DNA of 62,782 nt, filler included, from Reclinomonas americana ATCC 50394 (Eukaryota), in the NCBI GenBank assembly GCA_048213135.1. It is 47 parts of 47 records of this genome, joined end to end, with 100 filler letters (N's around TTAATTAATTAA, not from the genome) between each part and the next. Parts side by side here need not be neighbours in the genome. Positions count along the whole stretch, not along the records: positions 60,219 to 61,451 come from AFZH01026054.1; positions 61,552 to 62,782 come from AFZH01026055.1; 45 more parts are not named here. One strand, 5' to 3'. Positions 60,659 through 62,782 of the stretch are shown one piece after another (the first letter of the stretch is position 1; each line of letters opens with the position of its first letter). A program made the position numbers and the translations under genes. The notes beneath the pieces are model-generated. The model saw nothing but the letters and a program-made list of their open reading frames with translations, searched no databases and was not told the DNA's origin.

Positions 60659-61228
60659 CCCCCAAATCCTCCTCCGGCAAGCAAGTCCTCAACTCTGCCG
60701 CCAACCCACGTCGCGTGGCCGTCGTGCGCGTCGAGGACCTCTCTCCGGCCCTCCTGCGTGGTTTCGTCAAGGGCAAGGTCGGTCAGAGCTTGCTGGTGAT
60801 TCTGCCGAAGGTACTTCTCCTCTCCGCGTCTCTCGTCCTTCTGTTGTTGCCGGCACTCACCGTGTGCATCGTCGGTCAGTCGTTCTCGGGCGTGCCAGTG
60901 GACCTCGACGGCTATGTGCGTCTGCGCGAGGTCGAGGATTTCTTGCTTGACACTCGCGTCGACTACTCGGTCTACTTTGCGGAGATGTCGGATGCGGAGG
61001 CGGCTGAGGTGGGAACAGCGTCATTGATGATGGTGCACTGTTTCTACGAGGCTGACGATATGCTGTGAGCAGATCACCAACGACACGCAGCTGGTGGTGA
61101 GCGAGAAGGAGGCGACGCCGACTCCGCTGCCGCCTGTGGTCGTCCTCGAGGGCTGGCTGCGCGGCAACAAGGCGCACGCATCGACCATTGCCGTGGTGTC
61201 GCACTACGATTCGATGAGCATTGCACCG
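60659..61228 (+). CDS. NCLN: Nicalin (M28-like, inactive), internal exons
   Basis: SLLVILPK...EVEDFLL....YSVYF...VLEGWLRG...STIAVVSHYDSMSIAP. Confidence 0.8.
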
Positions 61229-61267
61229 GTGCGCTGCAATTTTGGTCGTGAAATATCTCTTTCTCTA

Positions 61268-61451
61268 GCTGTGCTTCCCCCTTGTGCTTCCCCCTTGTGT
61301 TTCCCGCTTGTGCTTCCCCCCTTGCGCTTCCCCCCCCCCCTCCCCTGTGCTTCCCCTTCTGCTTACCCTTCTGCTCTCCCCTGTGCTTCTCATTTGTGCT
61401 TCACCCTTGTGCTTCCCCCTTGTGCTTCCCCCTTGTGCTTCCCCCCTTGTG
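61268..61451. repeat. 13-bp minisatellite (TTCCCCCTTGTGC)n, intronic
   Basis: A dozen or so degenerate copies to the contig end. Confidence 0.85.
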
Positions 61452-61551
61452 NNNNNNNNNNNNNNNNNNNNNNNNNNNNNNNNNNNNNNNNNNNNTTAAT
61501 TAATTAANNNNNNNNNNNNNNNNNNNNNNNNNNNNNNNNNNNNNNNNNNNN

Positions 61552-62747
61552 CGAGGCCGATTTTGTCGCACAATTGCCCATCTGGAAGCAGCTGTACGAT
61601 GCGGTGAGTGGGGTAGCGGGCGTAAGTGTGTGCTTGGACGACCGCTACTCACATATTGCATTCCGCCTGTGTTGTGCAGCCGAATCCGCACGAGCTGGCC
61701 TTCCCGGGAGACTGGGCCGAGGCCAAGACCACGCCGCTGCAGCGCGTGCTCATCATTCGTATGCTGCGTCCCGACAAGGTGGTGTTGGGAGTGGAGGCCT
61801 TCGTCAGCAAGGTGCTCGGCGCGCAGTTCATCTCGCCGCCGCCATTCGATCTCGGTGCGGCATTCAAGGACTCGACCAACGAGACTCCGCTCATCTTTGT
61901 GCTGTCGTCCGGCGCCGATCCCATGGTGAGTTTTCTGTCCCTCTCCGCTCTTTTTTGCCATCGAAAATTTGACTGACGGTTTCTCCCTCTGTCCACAGCG
62001 TCAATTGCTCAGCTTTGCCGAGCAGCGTGGGTACACGCTGAGTCCGCTGTCCCTCGGTCAGGGTCAGGGCGAGATTGCCGAGAGGAGAATTCGCGAGGGA
62101 ATGGCCAAGGGCGGTTGGGTGTGCCTGCAGAACTGTCACTTGGCCGTGTCGTGGATGCCAACGCTGGAGAAGATTGCTGCCGAACTCGGCAAGGCCGACA
62201 TGGACTTCCGTCTGTGGCTGACCTCCATGCCCTCCGAGGCGTTCCCGGTGTCGGTGCTGCAAATTGGTGTGAAGATGACGAATGAGCCGCCACGTGGTTT
62301 GCGTGCGAACTTGCTGCGATCGTATCTGACTGACCCGATTAGTGATGCCGAGGTGAGGAGGAGGCGGAGAAGGAGAAGTGAGAGAGGGAGAGATGAGAGA
62401 AGGGAATGAGAGCGAAAGGGAGAAGAAGAGAGGGAGAGATAGAGAACGTGAGTGGGTATTTGGGAAGCGTGTGAGAGAGAAAAGAGAGAATGATGTTTAT
62501 CGGGTTCTTGTGAGATCACTTGTGAGCGTCTCCCTATCGCTTCCCGTGCTGTATTCTGACTTGCCTTCCGAATCTGCAGTACTTTGAGTCCTCGGAGAAG
62601 CCATACGAGTGGAAGAAGCTGCTGTTTGGCCTCTGCTTCTTCCATGCCGTGGTGCAGGAGAGGAGAAAGTTCGGCCCGCTGGGCTGGAACATTCCGTACG
62701 AGTTCAACGAGTCCGATCTCAGCATCTCTGTGCAACAGCTGCACATG
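61552..62747 (+). CDS. Axonemal dynein heavy chain (inner-arm type), AAA6 region, partial
   Basis: [90 protein letters not shown]. Confidence 0.97.
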
Positions 62748-62782
62748 GTGAGTGCACAATGAGTGCTCCTCCCCGTCTCCGC

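Noticed and set aside
61268..61451. (GCACAAGGGGGAA)n as a telomeric repeat
   Set aside because: Degenerate and begins just after a nicalin splice donor, so it is an intronic minisatellite.

Overview
This window is not a continuous locus. It is a pseudo-scaffold of 47 short contigs (about 1.23-1.25 kb, roughly in descending length). They are joined by 46 artificial 100-nt spacers (N44-TTAATTAATTAA-N44, stops in all six frames), so adjacency across spacers has no biological meaning. About 39 contigs come from an intron-rich, microsatellite-rich flagellated eukaryote, probably a protist. Recognisable genes include axonemal dynein heavy chain, PI3K, Rab4, Pth2, ETF-alpha, P5C dehydrogenase, glutaminase, ferroportin, nicalin, SMYD, VASt and Dpy-30. 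Seven contigs are high-GC bacterial DNA from at least two co-sequenced organisms (alphaproteobacterium-like and Microbacteriaceae-like), and one intronless contig is unassigned. The strongest unexplained signal is a recurrent atypical 5' splice-site class, GTTGCG(T): the usual GTGCGT/GTGAGT donor shifted by one base. It is needed to restore the reading frame in at least six recognisable genes. Other notable items are RLK/Pelle-like and RING-kinase fusions, a decayed RLE-type non-LTR retrotransposon whose 3' end is dispersed over four contigs, and a surface protein built from one-domain-per-exon phase-1 repeats. All gene models were traced by hand and all family calls come from motif recognition, not database searches.
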